64,000 nucleotides of DNA. Origin: Rebecca billardiae RCC1528. Its lineage: Eukaryota; Protista; Haptophyta. A program made the position numbers and the translations under genes. Below are positions 35,247-45,986 of this stretch, in pieces (position 1 is the first letter of the stretch; each line of letters starts with the position of its first letter). The notes below the pieces were generated by a model that did not search any database, was not told the DNA's origin, and saw nothing but the letters and a program-made list of their open reading frames with translations. The stretch spans positions 1,054,001-1,118,000 of the forward strand of contig OZ251226.1 of assembly GCA_965240325.2 (NCBI GenBank), in the 5' to 3' direction.

Positions 35247-36424
35247 CCTCTGGACGAGGGTATGGGCCTCTCGACCACGTCCTGGCTGACGATGGAAGGC
35301 AGCCTGCTCACCAGCCTCTCGACCATGCACTGGCTGAAGATGGAGAGCACACGCTGCTTCGGTTTGTGACACAGCTCGAGATCTCACTGACGCCGGCTCT
35401 CGCCAGCACATGCCGCAGTGCCGCTTGCCAGCTCGTCTGACGCGAATGTGCCGATGCGCACTGCGTCGCAAGGTGCTGGCAGCGACATGCCGCTTGCCAG
35501 GCACTGGCAGCGCGCTCACGTGACGACTTCATCGACGGCCGTACCCGGACCATGGGTAAGCTACGCAGTCCGGGCCGCACACGGGCTGCTTAGGCGGGCG
35601 GCACATCAAGCTGCCGGTCTGACAAACCTGCCACCTGGCCGCCGGCGGTCGGAAGCGGGCGCGGACGTACATACGACGTGTCTGCAGCGATCACTTGGCA
35701 GCCTGATGTCTCAGCGGCCAGTCGGACCGCGAGTGGCGCGAGTCCGCGCAGACCGGCCGGGACTCTTGGGAGGCGCGGCGGTGTGCCAGGACGGCGGGCG
35801 CCGCGGGGATAACGCCAACGGTGGATCGGTGGGCCCGGCTCACTGCAGTCACTGCGGCTGTCCCGTTCTGACTCGTCAGTCAGTCCGACGGTCCGTGGTC
35901 AAATCCGCGCGCTGTCCAATGTTATGCATGCAGGCCTCGGACTATGAAAATGATACTATACATATATTTTACAATATAAAGGTACCTATGATTAGTTAAC
36001 TGCTAGTACCTGCAGCGTGGTGCGCCGTGGACGTCTAGCCTGGGCGCCTCGCAGTCGCTGAGGCGCTGGCGGTCCGGCCTCCGGGCCCGCGGGCGGTCAC
36101 GGACGGGTGGTGCCGACAGCCGTCGTCTGAGCCGAGGGCGAGGCGGTACGGCTCAGTCTTGCAAACGGCGGAACCGCGCCGAAAGCTCCTGCCTGGCTGC
36201 TCGAAAGACGGAAGGCTGGCTGCCCCTCGACCTTCGGCATCTGCCCCGGCCCTCCAACTCTTGATTGATGACGATGTGATTGATGAGCGTGGTCCGCCGG
36301 GGACGGGAGAATCGATGAGTGCAGTAGTGGCAGCCCAGCGCACGCAGTTGACTGGCTCGCCTGGGTGGCCCGCCCGCCATCGACATCCGTCGCGACATCC
36401 TGCACAGGCGCCACGCTCGCTGCG

Positions 36425-37294
36425 CTACCCGCCGTGCCTGGCGAGGGCGTCCTTTACAGGCCCGAACGAGCGGCGGTGCTCCACGCACGGACCATGCTCG
36501 GCGAGCAGCGCGCGGTGCTTGGCGGTGGGGTAGCCCTTGTGCTGCGCAAACTGGAAGAGCGGGTATTTCCGGTCGAGGTCGAGCATGATGCGATCCCGCG
36601 TGACCTTGGCCACGATGCTCGCCGCCGAGATGGCGTACACGCGCGCGTCGCCCTTCACCACCACCTCACACGCTGCGCCCGCCGGCGGCCCGGCCGCCGC
36701 GCCGTACGGGTCCCGGTTGCCGTCGACCAGGATGTAGTCTGGCGGGCCCAGCTGCGCGCCCAGCTGCGCGACGCTCTCGCGCATGGCCTTGAGCGTGGCC
36801 TGCAGGATATTGACCTCGTCGATGACGCCGGGTGGCTGGACACTCACACCAAAGCGCACCTTCGGGTGCGCCTTGAGCGCCTCGAAGACGGCCTCGCGCT
36901 TCTCCTCCGTGAGCGCCTTGCTGTCGGCAACGCCCTCGATGTGGACGTCCGGGGGCACATAGCAAGCGGCGGCGACGACAGGGCCCGCTAGCGGTCCGCG
37001 ACCAGCTTCATCCACGCCAACGACGCACTTGAACCCACGCGCGTACAGCGCGCGCTCCATGGCTCGCATCTGCTGCGGCCCGTCCTCGCTTATGCTGTTG
37101 CTCGCCGCCTGCTTTTGTCCGCGCTTGCCCGGAGGCGACGATCGCGCGGCCGCCTTCGCAGCCGGCTTCTTAGCGATGCTGGTAGCGAGCGCCGCTTTCG
37201 GCTGGCTTGCGGTGCGAGGTGCACCCTTGGCGGCGGCGCGAGTCATCACCATGAGCACGAGCGGCCAGACCCTCCAGGACCGCGCCGTCGCCAT
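36425..37294 (-). CDS. rnhB: Ribonuclease HII, bacterial-type, with N-terminal extension (probably organelle-targeted)
   Basis: GVDEAGRGPLAGPVVAAA, DSK.L, ILVDGN, KGDA...ISAASIVAKVTRD, HKGYPT, HRRSF. Start uncertain. Confidence 0.93.
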   Translation of the reverse strand: MATARSWRVWPLVLMVMTRAAAKGAPRTASQPKAALATSIAKKPAAKAAARSSPPGKRGQKQAASNSISEDGPQQMRAMERALYARGFKCVVGVDEAGRGPLAGPVVAAACYVPPDVHIEGVADSKALTEEKREAVFEALKAHPKVRFGVSVQPPGVIDEVNILQATLKAMRESVAQLGAQLGPPDYILVDGNRDPYGAAAGPPAGAACEVVVKGDARVYAISAASIVAKVTRDRIMLDLDRKYPLFQFAQHKGYPTAKHRALLAEHGPCVEHRRSFGPVKDALARHGG

Positions 37295-37894
37295 AAGCAC
37301 CTGCCGCTTTGCTTTTCTCCCCAGCGGAACCGCGAGCCGAGCGAAGGGACGACCAGTCGTGCCGCTGCGCTGCGCTGGCAACCCGGCAGCCGTTCGCGGA
37401 CGCGAGTCTCCCGCTCGAGAAAAAAGGCCGGATTAAAAAAGCGCACGCGTCTGAACTGGTAGTTGTTTGGAGATGGCGACTGGTCGTCCCTTCGGTCGGC
37501 TCGCCACAAGGTGCACACCGCCCTCGCGCCGGCGACGCTCACGCGCGAGGGGAGTGCGCGCGGGGCTAGCGCGGGGCGGGGGGCGGGGCTACTCGACCCC
37601 GGCGACGCCTCCAACCCGCTCGTGGCGCGCGCCCGCCCCCCGCCGCCGCTCGCCAAGCCGCCAAACTTAGGCTCCAACAGGGGCCAAAAAGCGGCAGGTG
37701 CTTATGCGCCACTTGGTGGTGGTGGACCCGGACGTTTGCCGCCTGACCTGGAAAAAAAACCGCGAGTCTGATCAAGACTGGCACGTCAAAACATCTCGAT
37801 GACACTTTCGGACCATATCTTAGGAGGCTGCGCGACGTTATGCCAGCCCCTGACTCTTCAGTGACTCCGAGCACTGCTGGTGCTAACTGCTACC

Positions 37895-39517
37895 TCACTC
37901 GCCCGCCGGCTCGGGCTCATCAGCCTCCATAGGCACGGCTCCCGGGCCGGCCTCGGAACCCTCGCGCGAGCCGTCGTCGTGCGCCGAGCCGCCGCTGTCC
38001 GTCCCCGAGTCGTCCGACAGCTCGGCGCTGTCGTCCTCAAAGTCTGAATCGCCCTCGCTGTCCATGCCGATCGCGTGCTGGGCGGCGATGCCGAGCGCCT
38101 CCGCCAGCCCCGCCGGCAGCGCGCCGGCGGGCACTCCGCCGTCGGCGTTGAGCACGCCCGCCGGGATCGGGATCGGGATCGCGCCAATCTCAGCGGCGAG
38201 CGCGTTGAACGCGAGGACCGCGCCGAGCAGGCCGCCCGCGTCAGCCTCGGCACCATCGCCGACGGGGGCCGGACCGGCGGGGGCGTGGCCCTCGGCGGCC
38301 GGCGCGCCGGCCGCGCCGGCCGCCTCCGCCGCCTCCGAGCGCCGCCAGCTCGAGCGCAGCCAGCTGCGAAGCTGCGCCGCGTCCATTGGCGCCTCGACAG
38401 CGGCCACGCCGGCCGCTGGCTCGGCGCCGGCCGCGCTCGGGAGAGCTTGAGCGCCGCCGGGCTCGCACCGCTCGCCCTCGAACCACTGCGCGAGCCTGCT
38501 CAACCCGAAGACGAAGGGCTCGTGCCCAAAGTTGACGCGCACGGGCGTGTACGTGTCCAGCCCGATGCACGCGAACAGCGGCGCGTGCCCCAGGTGACCG
38601 AGCAGCATGCGCGGGTCTGGGAGCAGTGCGCCGTTCAGAGTGAAGAAGACCTGCCCGCACGGCGGCTTGGCGCCGGTGGCGTGGGTGCTGAGCATGCGCA
38701 CGCCGCAGCCGACGACGTCGCCCTCGCCGAACGGCGGGCCGTACCGCTCCCCGTACGACGAGTTCTGGAACTTGCACCCGTCGTCGCCGTGGTAGGCGAA
38801 CGAGTGTCGATCCCAACCGGGCATGCGGCCCATCAGCGGGAACCGTGCGGTGCACATGCCGACCGCGACGCACGGCCGGCCCTGCCACGCGCTCCCCGCG
38901 CCTCGGCCGGGCTGGTCGGCCGCGGCGGGCAGGATGGTCACCTCGAAGTAGTGGCACGCGTGCAACTCCGCGCTGAACGACGCGCTCACACCCGGCCGGC
39001 CGTCGTGCCCCGCGCTGCTCGGCGCCGTGGGCCGCGGCAGCGGCCGCAGCACTCCCACGGGCGCACCACCCATTGGCTCTGGAGCGCGCCCCGCGAGGAT
39101 AACGCCGGACGGGCTGCACGCCCACGGCGTGCTGGCACGCACCGTCTGGTTCCCGCCCAGAGCTGGTCCCGTGAAGCGCGCGCACGTCGGCGGCGCGCTC
39201 TGCACGCCGCCGCTCAACACGATGTGCGGTTGCTCCCTGTGCAGCCCGGTCGGCAGCGGCGCGAGGCGGAAGAACACGTCCCGCAGGTCGTAGCAGTCTG
39301 AATCAGGTGCCGCAATCTCCCGCGTGTCGATCGCCTGCACCACGCCGTCGTGCAGCTCGTGCCATCGGCGCGCGATCAGGCGGCGCCACAGCTCGGGCTC
39401 GTCCGCGATTCGACGCCACGTCGAGCAGACGCACGCGCAGCGTGAGAGGATGGCGGCGGCATTGACGAACTCGAAAGTGTTGATGAGCACCTCGCTAGGC
39501 ATGTCGGCCAGGTTCAT
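37895..39517 (-). CDS. F-box plus SPRY domain protein with acidic tail
   Basis: LADMPSEVLINTF...CACVCSTWRRIA.EPELW; YFEVTI, MPGWDRHSFAYHGDDGCKF, YGPPFGEGDVVGCG, VFFTLNG, VNFG.EPFVF. Confidence 0.92.
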   Translation of the reverse strand: MNLADMPSEVLINTFEFVNAAAILSRCACVCSTWRRIADEPELWRRLIARRWHELHDGVVQAIDTREIAAPDSDCYDLRDVFFRLAPLPTGLHREQPHIVLSGGVQSAPPTCARFTGPALGGNQTVRASTPWACSPSGVILAGRAPEPMGGAPVGVLRPLPRPTAPSSAGHDGRPGVSASFSAELHACHYFEVTILPAAADQPGRGAGSAWQGRPCVAVGMCTARFPLMGRMPGWDRHSFAYHGDDGCKFQNSSYGERYGPPFGEGDVVGCGVRMLSTHATGAKPPCGQVFFTLNGALLPDPRMLLGHLGHAPLFACIGLDTYTPVRVNFGHEPFVFGLSRLAQWFEGERCEPGGAQALPSAAGAEPAAGVAAVEAPMDAAQLRSWLRSSWRRSEAAEAAGAAGAPAAEGHAPAGPAPVGDGAEADAGGLLGAVLAFNALAAEIGAIPIPIPAGVLNADGGVPAGALPAGLAEALGIAAQHAIGMDSEGDSDFEDDSAELSDDSGTDSGGSAHDDGSREGSEAGPGAVPMEADEPEPAGE

Positions 39518-40839
39518 CGTGTCTTCCCCCCCGCGCGCGACAGCGCTTGCAACCGGCGCGACCCCTGCGCGGCCGAGCCGCGAGTTGCAAACCTGCGCGC
39601 GGGCGAGTTGGCCGCTGCGACCAAGGTCAAAGGGGGTTCAATCCGACCCGCAGCTTGGGACGTCAACCCCCGAGATCGGGCTCGCAGCAGCCCGGACACG
39701 ATGGCGCGCCCACGAGAGGCGCGCGTGCGCCCGCCTACCGGCGCTGCAGGCCGGCGCGGCTGATCGGCGCGGTCCGCAGGACACGTGGGCACCGCGCGCG
39801 CCTCTTTTCCTGTCCTCTCGCGCTCCTCGCCGCGCGCAGTAGCCCGCTGCCAAGCCATCAACGCCTGCCAAGCGAGCCGGCGCGCGCACCAAGCGCGCGC
39901 GCTCGGCGCGGATAGGGCCAATTAAGGTCGGGGCACGGCATGGGCGAGTGGGCACGCATGTTATACACCGCTCGGGCGCACGCGCCCGGCGTTCTGCGCG
40001 CGCCCTTGCCACTGGCAAGTGCTCGCGCACTGCGCGCGTAACTCACGAATGGTGCACCTCGCGGCAGCCCGCAGGGTATGCTCTGCATGGAGGCATCCTT
40101 CGCTTCCCAGCGGGCGAATCGGTGCCAGCCGCAGCCTGGGGGTCGTCTGTGAGTACCCCGGTCCAAGATGCCCCATGGGCACGCTGATACGGGCCGCCAT
40201 GTCGTCGATGCTGCCGAGGAGTGCCGAGCGGCCCTGCTCTGTGACGTCCCGGCACATGGGCCTTGTCGACTCTCGACCTTCCGCTCCGAGTTCATCACGC
40301 CAGACGCAGGCGATGCCGCTGTGGACGCTCGCGTTCGACCACTTCGTACCCACCAGACCGGCCCTTCTGTCTCTGTTGGCGTCGGTGGCGTGCGCGCGCG
40401 CGCGCGTGCCGCCTGCCACAGTACAGTAGTCGGTGCCGCGGACGCGTCACGCGGTGCCGCGTAGCGACCTGCTCGGATCTAGTCGTCGCTTTAAAATAAG
40501 ACTGCACACAGCCTGGTTGATTTACATATACATCGTCATAATCACTGCGCGATTTGCTGATGCATCAGTGTCATCAGCGCTCATCATCACATATACATTT
40601 ATCGGTACAGTAGTTTCAGCGGCGCGCCAAAGCGCACAGCACGCGCGCCGTGCAGAGGTGAGCTCGGGCACGACAGACGGTCCGCGCGCGTCTCCGTCTT
40701 GACCGAGAACTTCATCGCGGTGGCGATGGCGGACTCGTGCTTGGCCGCCGCCTGCCGTGGCATGATCTCGCTCGACGACGCACCCGGAGGCGGTGACGCG
40801 CACGGGCAGGCGCTGCTCGCATGCCCGTTCCTCACCCAC

Positions 40840-41586
40840 TCACAGATGCCGAGCGCGCGGCATGCGGTGCACTGTGCCAGCGCTGGCGCGGGGCACGCGC
40901 GCGCGCTCGCGCTGCCGCCATCGCCCGCGCCGGACTTCTTCGTCTTCTTCTAGGTGGGCGTCGAGCCCGTCGACGGCGGTTCCATCTCTCGCCGCTGCTG
41001 CCGTACCCGCGTGCTCTGCGGGCGCGGCCGCGGCCGGCGGCGCCGGCACCTCGAGACCAGACAAGAGGCGCGCCGCGGCCGCGACGAGCGCGCGCATCAG
41101 GTCGCCAGCCGTCACCTGGCCGTCGAGAGGCTTGAGCGCATCCTTGTGCGCCGCCGACAGCGCGCACACCGCAGGGCGTACGAGCAGCTGCCGCACGGCG
41201 CACACAGCTGTCGCGGGCTGCATCCACATCACATTTCGAAACACCCGCTTCCGCTCGGCGCCAGCGCCGCGCCACTCAACCGCGGTTTCGATCGAGCGGT
41301 ATTGGGCGGGCTCGCGGACGACCTCGAAGCCGACGATGAGGCCGAGCGCATCTGCGGCGCCGGGAAGCAGGAACCCGCCGGTGCCCTTGCAGTTGGCCGG
41401 TGCCGGGAACCAATCCACCACGCGCACAGCATGGAGCGCAATCGCTCCAGGAGCGGGCGCGCCTGCGAAGCGGAGGTCGCCCCCAGCACCGGCTGTGAAG
41501 CGGGCAGTGTACACGGACAGCGCGCCGTCCTCGCGCGCGAGGATCACGCCGTCTGGGAGGCCGTCAGTCAGATTGACGCGCGCCAT
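40840..41586 (-). CDS. Hypothetical protein (3' end and splicing uncertain)
   Basis: Protein-like composition from MARVNLTDGLPDG to ...EEDEE; no family recognised. Confidence 0.45.
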   Translation of the reverse strand: MARVNLTDGLPDGVILAREDGALSVYTARFTAGAGGDLRFAGAPAPGAIALHAVRVVDWFPAPANCKGTGGFLLPGAADALGLIVGFEVVREPAQYRSIETAVEWRGAGAERKRVFRNVMWMQPATAVCAVRQLLVRPAVCALSAAHKDALKPLDGQVTAGDLMRALVAAAARLLSGLEVPAPPAAAAPAEHAGTAAAARDGTAVDGLDAHLEEDEEVRRGRWRQRERARVPRASAGTVHRMPRARHL

Positions 41587-41672
41587 GCCCGCCGCAGCGG
41601 CGCAGCGCCTTGGCGACGGCGAGGCGCACGCCTGGCCTGACGTCGTTCGCAGCAGGCGGCGCGCCGGACTCA

Positions 41673-41719
41673 CCTCCCGGACGGCACCCCCCCCACTGGG
41701 GGGGGTGCCGTCCGGGAGG
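41673..41719. repeat. Perfect palindrome with 23-bp arms
   Basis: CCTCCCGGACGGCACCCCCCCCA-C-TGGGGGGGGTGCCGTCCGGGAGG. Confidence 0.95.
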
Positions 41720-41950
41720 CGCAATCGCTCCGGACTGGTTCGGGGGTTAACGCCCCAAGCCCGCAGTCCTTGGGGAGGCGCCGCCCACCAAACCGCGCGG
41801 AGTCCGGGCGGCCTTTTTCACTCCTCACTCCTCACAGTAATAAAGTGTTTTAGCCTCGCTGCATCATCGTCATCATCATTCATCAGCGGCTAAACCTGAG
41901 CCGATCGAGATCGCAACCTGCCGGCGCCCGGAAAGCGACCAGGGCGCGAG

Positions 41951-43954
41951 ATGCGACGCTCCTCGGCGCTCCTCTCGACACGGCTGCGAGCGTTCGCGCT
42001 CGCGTGCATGCCTGTGTTGCTGCTCGCCGCGCCTCTCGGTGCCGCCGCGCTCCCTGCCCACGAGGGGCTTGCGCGCGCGCACGCGCGCGCGCTCCTCGCC
42101 GAGTCCGAGACTGAGAACGCGACAGTGCCCACCGCATGCGAGGGCAGCGGCTGTGAGGCTGTGCTCGACGCGTCTGCGCGCGTCGAGGACGCGAGCGATG
42201 ACGTGCCCGCCACCGAGCCCGCGCTCGTGCCGGATGCGCCGGCCACCGGCGCCCCGAGCGCGAGTGCGCCCGCCTCAGACACGGCTGCCCCCGTCGCCGA
42301 CGGCACCGGCCCGGCCAAGCCCAGCGCCGAGAGCGTGCTCGCGGGCAGCGCGCTGGCGGGCGGCGCAGCGGACGGCGTGCTCGAGACCGCCGACGCAAAC
42401 CTCACGCGGGCGGCGACGAACAAGACGCTCGCGGCCAACGGGACCGTCCCGAGCGCGAGTGCGCCCGCCTCGGACACGGCTGCCCCCGTCGCCGACGGCA
42501 CCGGCCCGGCCAAGCCCAGCGCCGAGAGCGTGCTCGCGGGCAGCGCGCTGGCGGGCGGCGCAGCGGCCGGCGTGCTCGCGACCGCCGACGCAAACCTCAC
42601 GTGGGCGGCGGCCAACGAGACGCTCGCGGCCAACGGGACCAACGCGACCTCGAACGCGACTTTCGGTTATGTGCCGTCTGCGCCCCTCGGGATGGTGCTC
42701 ACGCCGCCGATGGAGAGCGCGCGGTGCCTCAAGTTCGAGCTGCGGCTCGACTGGCGCTGGCTCTACGCGCCCGACGGCCTCGGCGAGCAGATCGTGCGCA
42801 TCGTCTTCTTCGTCCTGCTCGGCATATTCGTGCTGCTACTCATATGGGTACTCGTCCGGAAGCCAGCTCGGGAGAAGCCGCTGAGCGCGCTCGCGATGCT
42901 CGGCGGCGCGCTGCTCGCGACGGCCGACGCGTGGACGGACATCATCCTCGCCACCGAGTGGCTGCGCTGCGGCCACACCGGCTGGGGCGCGCTCGGCTTC
43001 ACCTGCGTCGGCCTGAGCACGTTCTGCACGCTGCACTACGGCGCGGTCGGGCTCGAGGGCTCAGCGTTTGTCAGGGGCGGGCTGTACTGGTGCGAGCGCG
43101 CGCTGGCGACGGTCTCGAGCGCGCTGCAGCTCGGCGCGCTGCACGGCGCCGTCGCGCGCATCTGGCGCGGCTCGCACGCCCACCCGCACCAGGCGCGCGA
43201 GGTGCTCGGGCTGCGCCTCTTCCAGGCCGTGCTCGAGTCGGTGCCGCTCACGCTCGTACAGGCGTACGCGCTGCTGTGGATGGGCGTGCACCGCGTGCCG
43301 TGGCTGGCGTACGCGTCGCTCGCGCTCTCGCTGCTCAACCTGAGCCTCGTGCTCGGCGAGTGGCTCACCGACGACGACACGGGCGTCTCCCCGGAGCAAG
43401 TCGCAGCCGCCAAGAGGGGCGAGCCACCCGGCTCCAAGAAGATGCGCGGATGGTCTTACTGGGCGCAGCGCGCGCTCGCTCCGTGCGGCGCGGTGAGCCG
43501 CGCGCTGCCGATCGCGCTCTTCGCGTGCGCGTTCGGCCGGTGGCTCGCGCTGGCGCTGGCCCTCGGCTTCGTCGGCCTCGTCGTCCTCCTCCGCCTCCGC
43601 GAGTTCTTCGTCTTCGAGGGCATCTGCGACGAGCTGAGCGAGTGGTTCGAGTCTGTCGGTTACGCTCTTCTCTACTACTCGTTCGTCCCGCTGGTGATGA
43701 TGGACCGGAGCGTGCTCATCGGGAGCACCACGGCGGGCGAGGCGCGGGTCGTGCTGTGGGGCGCGCTTGTTGACCTAGTCCTCGTCGCCGTCGCGCTCTG
43801 CGTGCCGTCGGACTGGCTCGCCTCCCAGCTGCCGCCCGTGATTGCCGGGGCTGCGGGCACGTTCGGCGTGTTCCTAGTTGGCCGGCTCACGGCCGCCGCC
43901 GTCGTGCTGATGGCCAAGGCTCGCTTCCAGCGGGAGAAGCTGTCGCTCTTCTGA
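41951..43954 (+). CDS. XK-related (Xkr) multi-pass membrane protein with repetitive N-terminal ectodomain
   Basis: ADAWTDI TM motif and LRLFQAVLESVP..LVQAY resemble the XK motifs D..TD and ESAPQ..LQ; many TM helices; 195-bp internal duplication at 42254-42640. Confidence 0.65.
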   Translation: MRRSSALLSTRLRAFALACMPVLLLAAPLGAAALPAHEGLARAHARALLAESETENATVPTACEGSGCEAVLDASARVEDASDDVPATEPALVPDAPATGAPSASAPASDTAAPVADGTGPAKPSAESVLAGSALAGGAADGVLETADANLTRAATNKTLAANGTVPSASAPASDTAAPVADGTGPAKPSAESVLAGSALAGGAAAGVLATADANLTWAAANETLAANGTNATSNATFGYVPSAPLGMVLTPPMESARCLKFELRLDWRWLYAPDGLGEQIVRIVFFVLLGIFVLLLIWVLVRKPAREKPLSALAMLGGALLATADAWTDIILATEWLRCGHTGWGALGFTCVGLSTFCTLHYGAVGLEGSAFVRGGLYWCERALATVSSALQLGALHGAVARIWRGSHAHPHQAREVLGLRLFQAVLESVPLTLVQAYALLWMGVHRVPWLAYASLALSLLNLSLVLGEWLTDDDTGVSPEQVAAAKRGEPPGSKKMRGWSYWAQRALAPCGAVSRALPIALFACAFGRWLALALALGFVGLVVLLRLREFFVFEGICDELSEWFESVGYALLYYSFVPLVMMDRSVLIGSTTAGEARVVLWGALVDLVLVAVALCVPSDWLASQLPPVIAGAAGTFGVFLVGRLTAAAVVLMAKARFQREKLSLF

Positions 43955-44324
43955 TCCCCGAGCCCGAAGCCGCTGCGGGGCTCGCAGCAGGCACTCAGCA
44001 GGTCGTCGTCGTCAGGCCCGCGGACTACGACAGCAGCATCCAATCTAGTCATTCTGCCCCGGGGCCAGGTCACTGCTCTGGTCACTCGGAGCTCGGACAG
44101 ACACAGACAGTGAGTGAGTGACAGCTGCATAGACTGCTCAGTTATAAGAGTGTAGTGAATTTAATAACTATAGCTTACCGAGTCCGAGTCTGAAGCCTGG
44201 ACTACGCCAATAAGGGCGGTAGCTGAGAGAGAGAGAGAGATTCCAGCTGGCACTCGTCAGACGACGCGAGTTGCGGGAGACTGTCTGGCCGAGATCTGGA
44301 CCTGGGGCACCACCAGCTTGTCAG

Positions 44325-45917
44325 CTAGTGTGCCTCGTCAGCAGCGCACTGCGAGGCCCACGCATTGCAGTGGGGCTTGTGCGCCTTCCACGAGCTGCGC
44401 AGGTGCTCACGCGAGCAGAAGACCGCCACGTGGCACCGCTCGCACTTCTTCAGACCACTGCCTGTCCGTCCGCAGGCGATGCAGCACTGGGAGACCACGT
44501 CGCACTCTCCAGCGGCCTCGGCCAGTATCAGGCGTGCAAGGTCTCCGAGGGCTGGATCGAGCTCTTCGCCACGGCGCACCAGCCGCGCGCCCTCCTCCAC
44601 GTCACGCTGCACTCCTCTACCGCCCAGCGTCAGCTCTCCAAGCAGACCGTGCGCAAGTGCACTCCCTGCCTGAGCAGCCAGGCGGTACCACCGCACCGCC
44701 TCGCCCCAGTCCTGCGACACACCCTCGCCTTGTGCGTAATGCACGCCCAAGCTGAGCTGCGCCTGAGCGTCGCCCTGCTCGGCTGCCAGCCGATACCAGC
44801 GCAACGCCTCGCCCCAGTCCTGCGGCACGCCCTCGCCTCGTGCGTACAGCAGGCCCATGTTGCGCTGCGCTAGAGCTACGCCCTGCTCGCCTGCCAGCCG
44901 GTACCAGCGCACCGCCTCTGCCGTATCCTGCGGCACGCCCTCGCCTTTCGCGTTAAACTCGCCCATCCTGCACTGCGCAATAGCTTCGCCCTGCTCAGCC
45001 GCCAGCCGGTACCAGCGCACCGCCTCGCCCCAGTCCGGCGGCACGCCCTCGTCTTGTGCGTACCGCAAGCCCATCCAGCACTGCGCCAGAGCGACGCCCT
45101 GCTCGGCCGCCAGGCGGTACCAGCGCAACGCCTCGCCCGAGTCCTGCGGCACGCCCTCACCGTCTTCGTATCGCCCGCCCAGATTGAACTGCGCCTCAGC
45201 TTCGCCCTGCTCGGCCGCCAGCCGGTACCAGCGCACCGCCTCACCCCCGTCCAGCGGCACGCCCTCGCCTCGTGCGTAATGTGTGCCCAGATTGAACTGC
45301 GCCAGGGCGTGGCCCTGCTCGGCCGCCAGCCGGTACCAGCGCACCGCCTCGCCCCAGTCCAGCGGCACGCCCTCGCCTCGTGCGTAATGTGTGCCCAGAA
45401 TGAACTGCGCCTCAGCGTGGCCCTGCTCGGCCGCCAGCCGGTACCAGCGCACCGCCTCACCTCCGTCCAGCGGCATGCCCTCGCCTCGCGCGTAATGTAT
45501 GCCCAGAATGAACTGCGCCTGAGCTTCGCCCTGCTCGGCCGCCAGCCGGCACCAGCGCATCGCCTCGCCTGAGTCCTGCGGCACGCCCTCGCCTACGTGG
45601 TACTGCGCGCCCATGCCGAGCTGCGCCCCAGCGTGGCCCTGCTCGGCCGCCAGCCGGTACCAGCGCACCGCTGCCTCGAGGTCCTGGGGCTGTCCAAGCT
45701 CGCCCATCCGGTAGATGTCACCCATCCTCGCCTGCGCATCAGCAAAGCTGCGCTCAGCGGCGAGGGTGTACAGCCGAAGGGCTTCGCGATGGTCCTGTGC
45801 GATGCCGTCGCCATCCTCAGCCCGCCGCGCCAGAAGGAACGTCGCTCGAGCGTCCCCACGCCCCGACTTGCGCAAGAGGAGCCTCACCGCCGGGCTACCA
45901 CTGCCAGCATCCGCCAT
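44325..45917 (-). CDS. SEL1-like repeat protein (~12 repeats) with C-terminal MYND zinc finger
   Basis: 36-aa repeats AQF.LG..Y..GEGVP.D..EAVRWYRLAAEQG; CIAC...CERC...FCSREH...W..HK.HC. Confidence 0.93.
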   Translation of the reverse strand: MADAGSGSPAVRLLLRKSGRGDARATFLLARRAEDGDGIAQDHREALRLYTLAAERSFADAQARMGDIYRMGELGQPQDLEAAVRWYRLAAEQGHAGAQLGMGAQYHVGEGVPQDSGEAMRWCRLAAEQGEAQAQFILGIHYARGEGMPLDGGEAVRWYRLAAEQGHAEAQFILGTHYARGEGVPLDWGEAVRWYRLAAEQGHALAQFNLGTHYARGEGVPLDGGEAVRWYRLAAEQGEAEAQFNLGGRYEDGEGVPQDSGEALRWYRLAAEQGVALAQCWMGLRYAQDEGVPPDWGEAVRWYRLAAEQGEAIAQCRMGEFNAKGEGVPQDTAEAVRWYRLAGEQGVALAQRNMGLLYARGEGVPQDWGEALRWYRLAAEQGDAQAQLSLGVHYAQGEGVSQDWGEAVRWYRLAAQAGSALAHGLLGELTLGGRGVQRDVEEGARLVRRGEELDPALGDLARLILAEAAGECDVVSQCCIACGRTGSGLKKCERCHVAVFCSREHLRSSWKAHKPHCNAWASQCAADEAH

Positions 45918-45986
45918 CCTTGCTGGATTGCTGGACCAAGCGCCGCCCGCATTCCCGCAAGCGGATTACCTGCTGGTAGCGGAAGG

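Noticed and set aside
36425-37294. Bacterial contamination or recent HGT of rnhB
   Set aside because: Host-like GC and codon usage, an N-terminal extension and intron-bearing genes on the same contig; organelle-type RNase HII is common in algae.
41815-41886. Hammerhead ribozyme (CTGATGA...GAAA on the minus strand)
   Set aside because: CTGATGA arises from the (CAT)n tail; the required stems were not found.
45597-45986. Upstream extension of the TFIIIC ORF
   Set aside because: Antisense to SEL1-MYND; tau95 similarity begins just after the Met at 45987.
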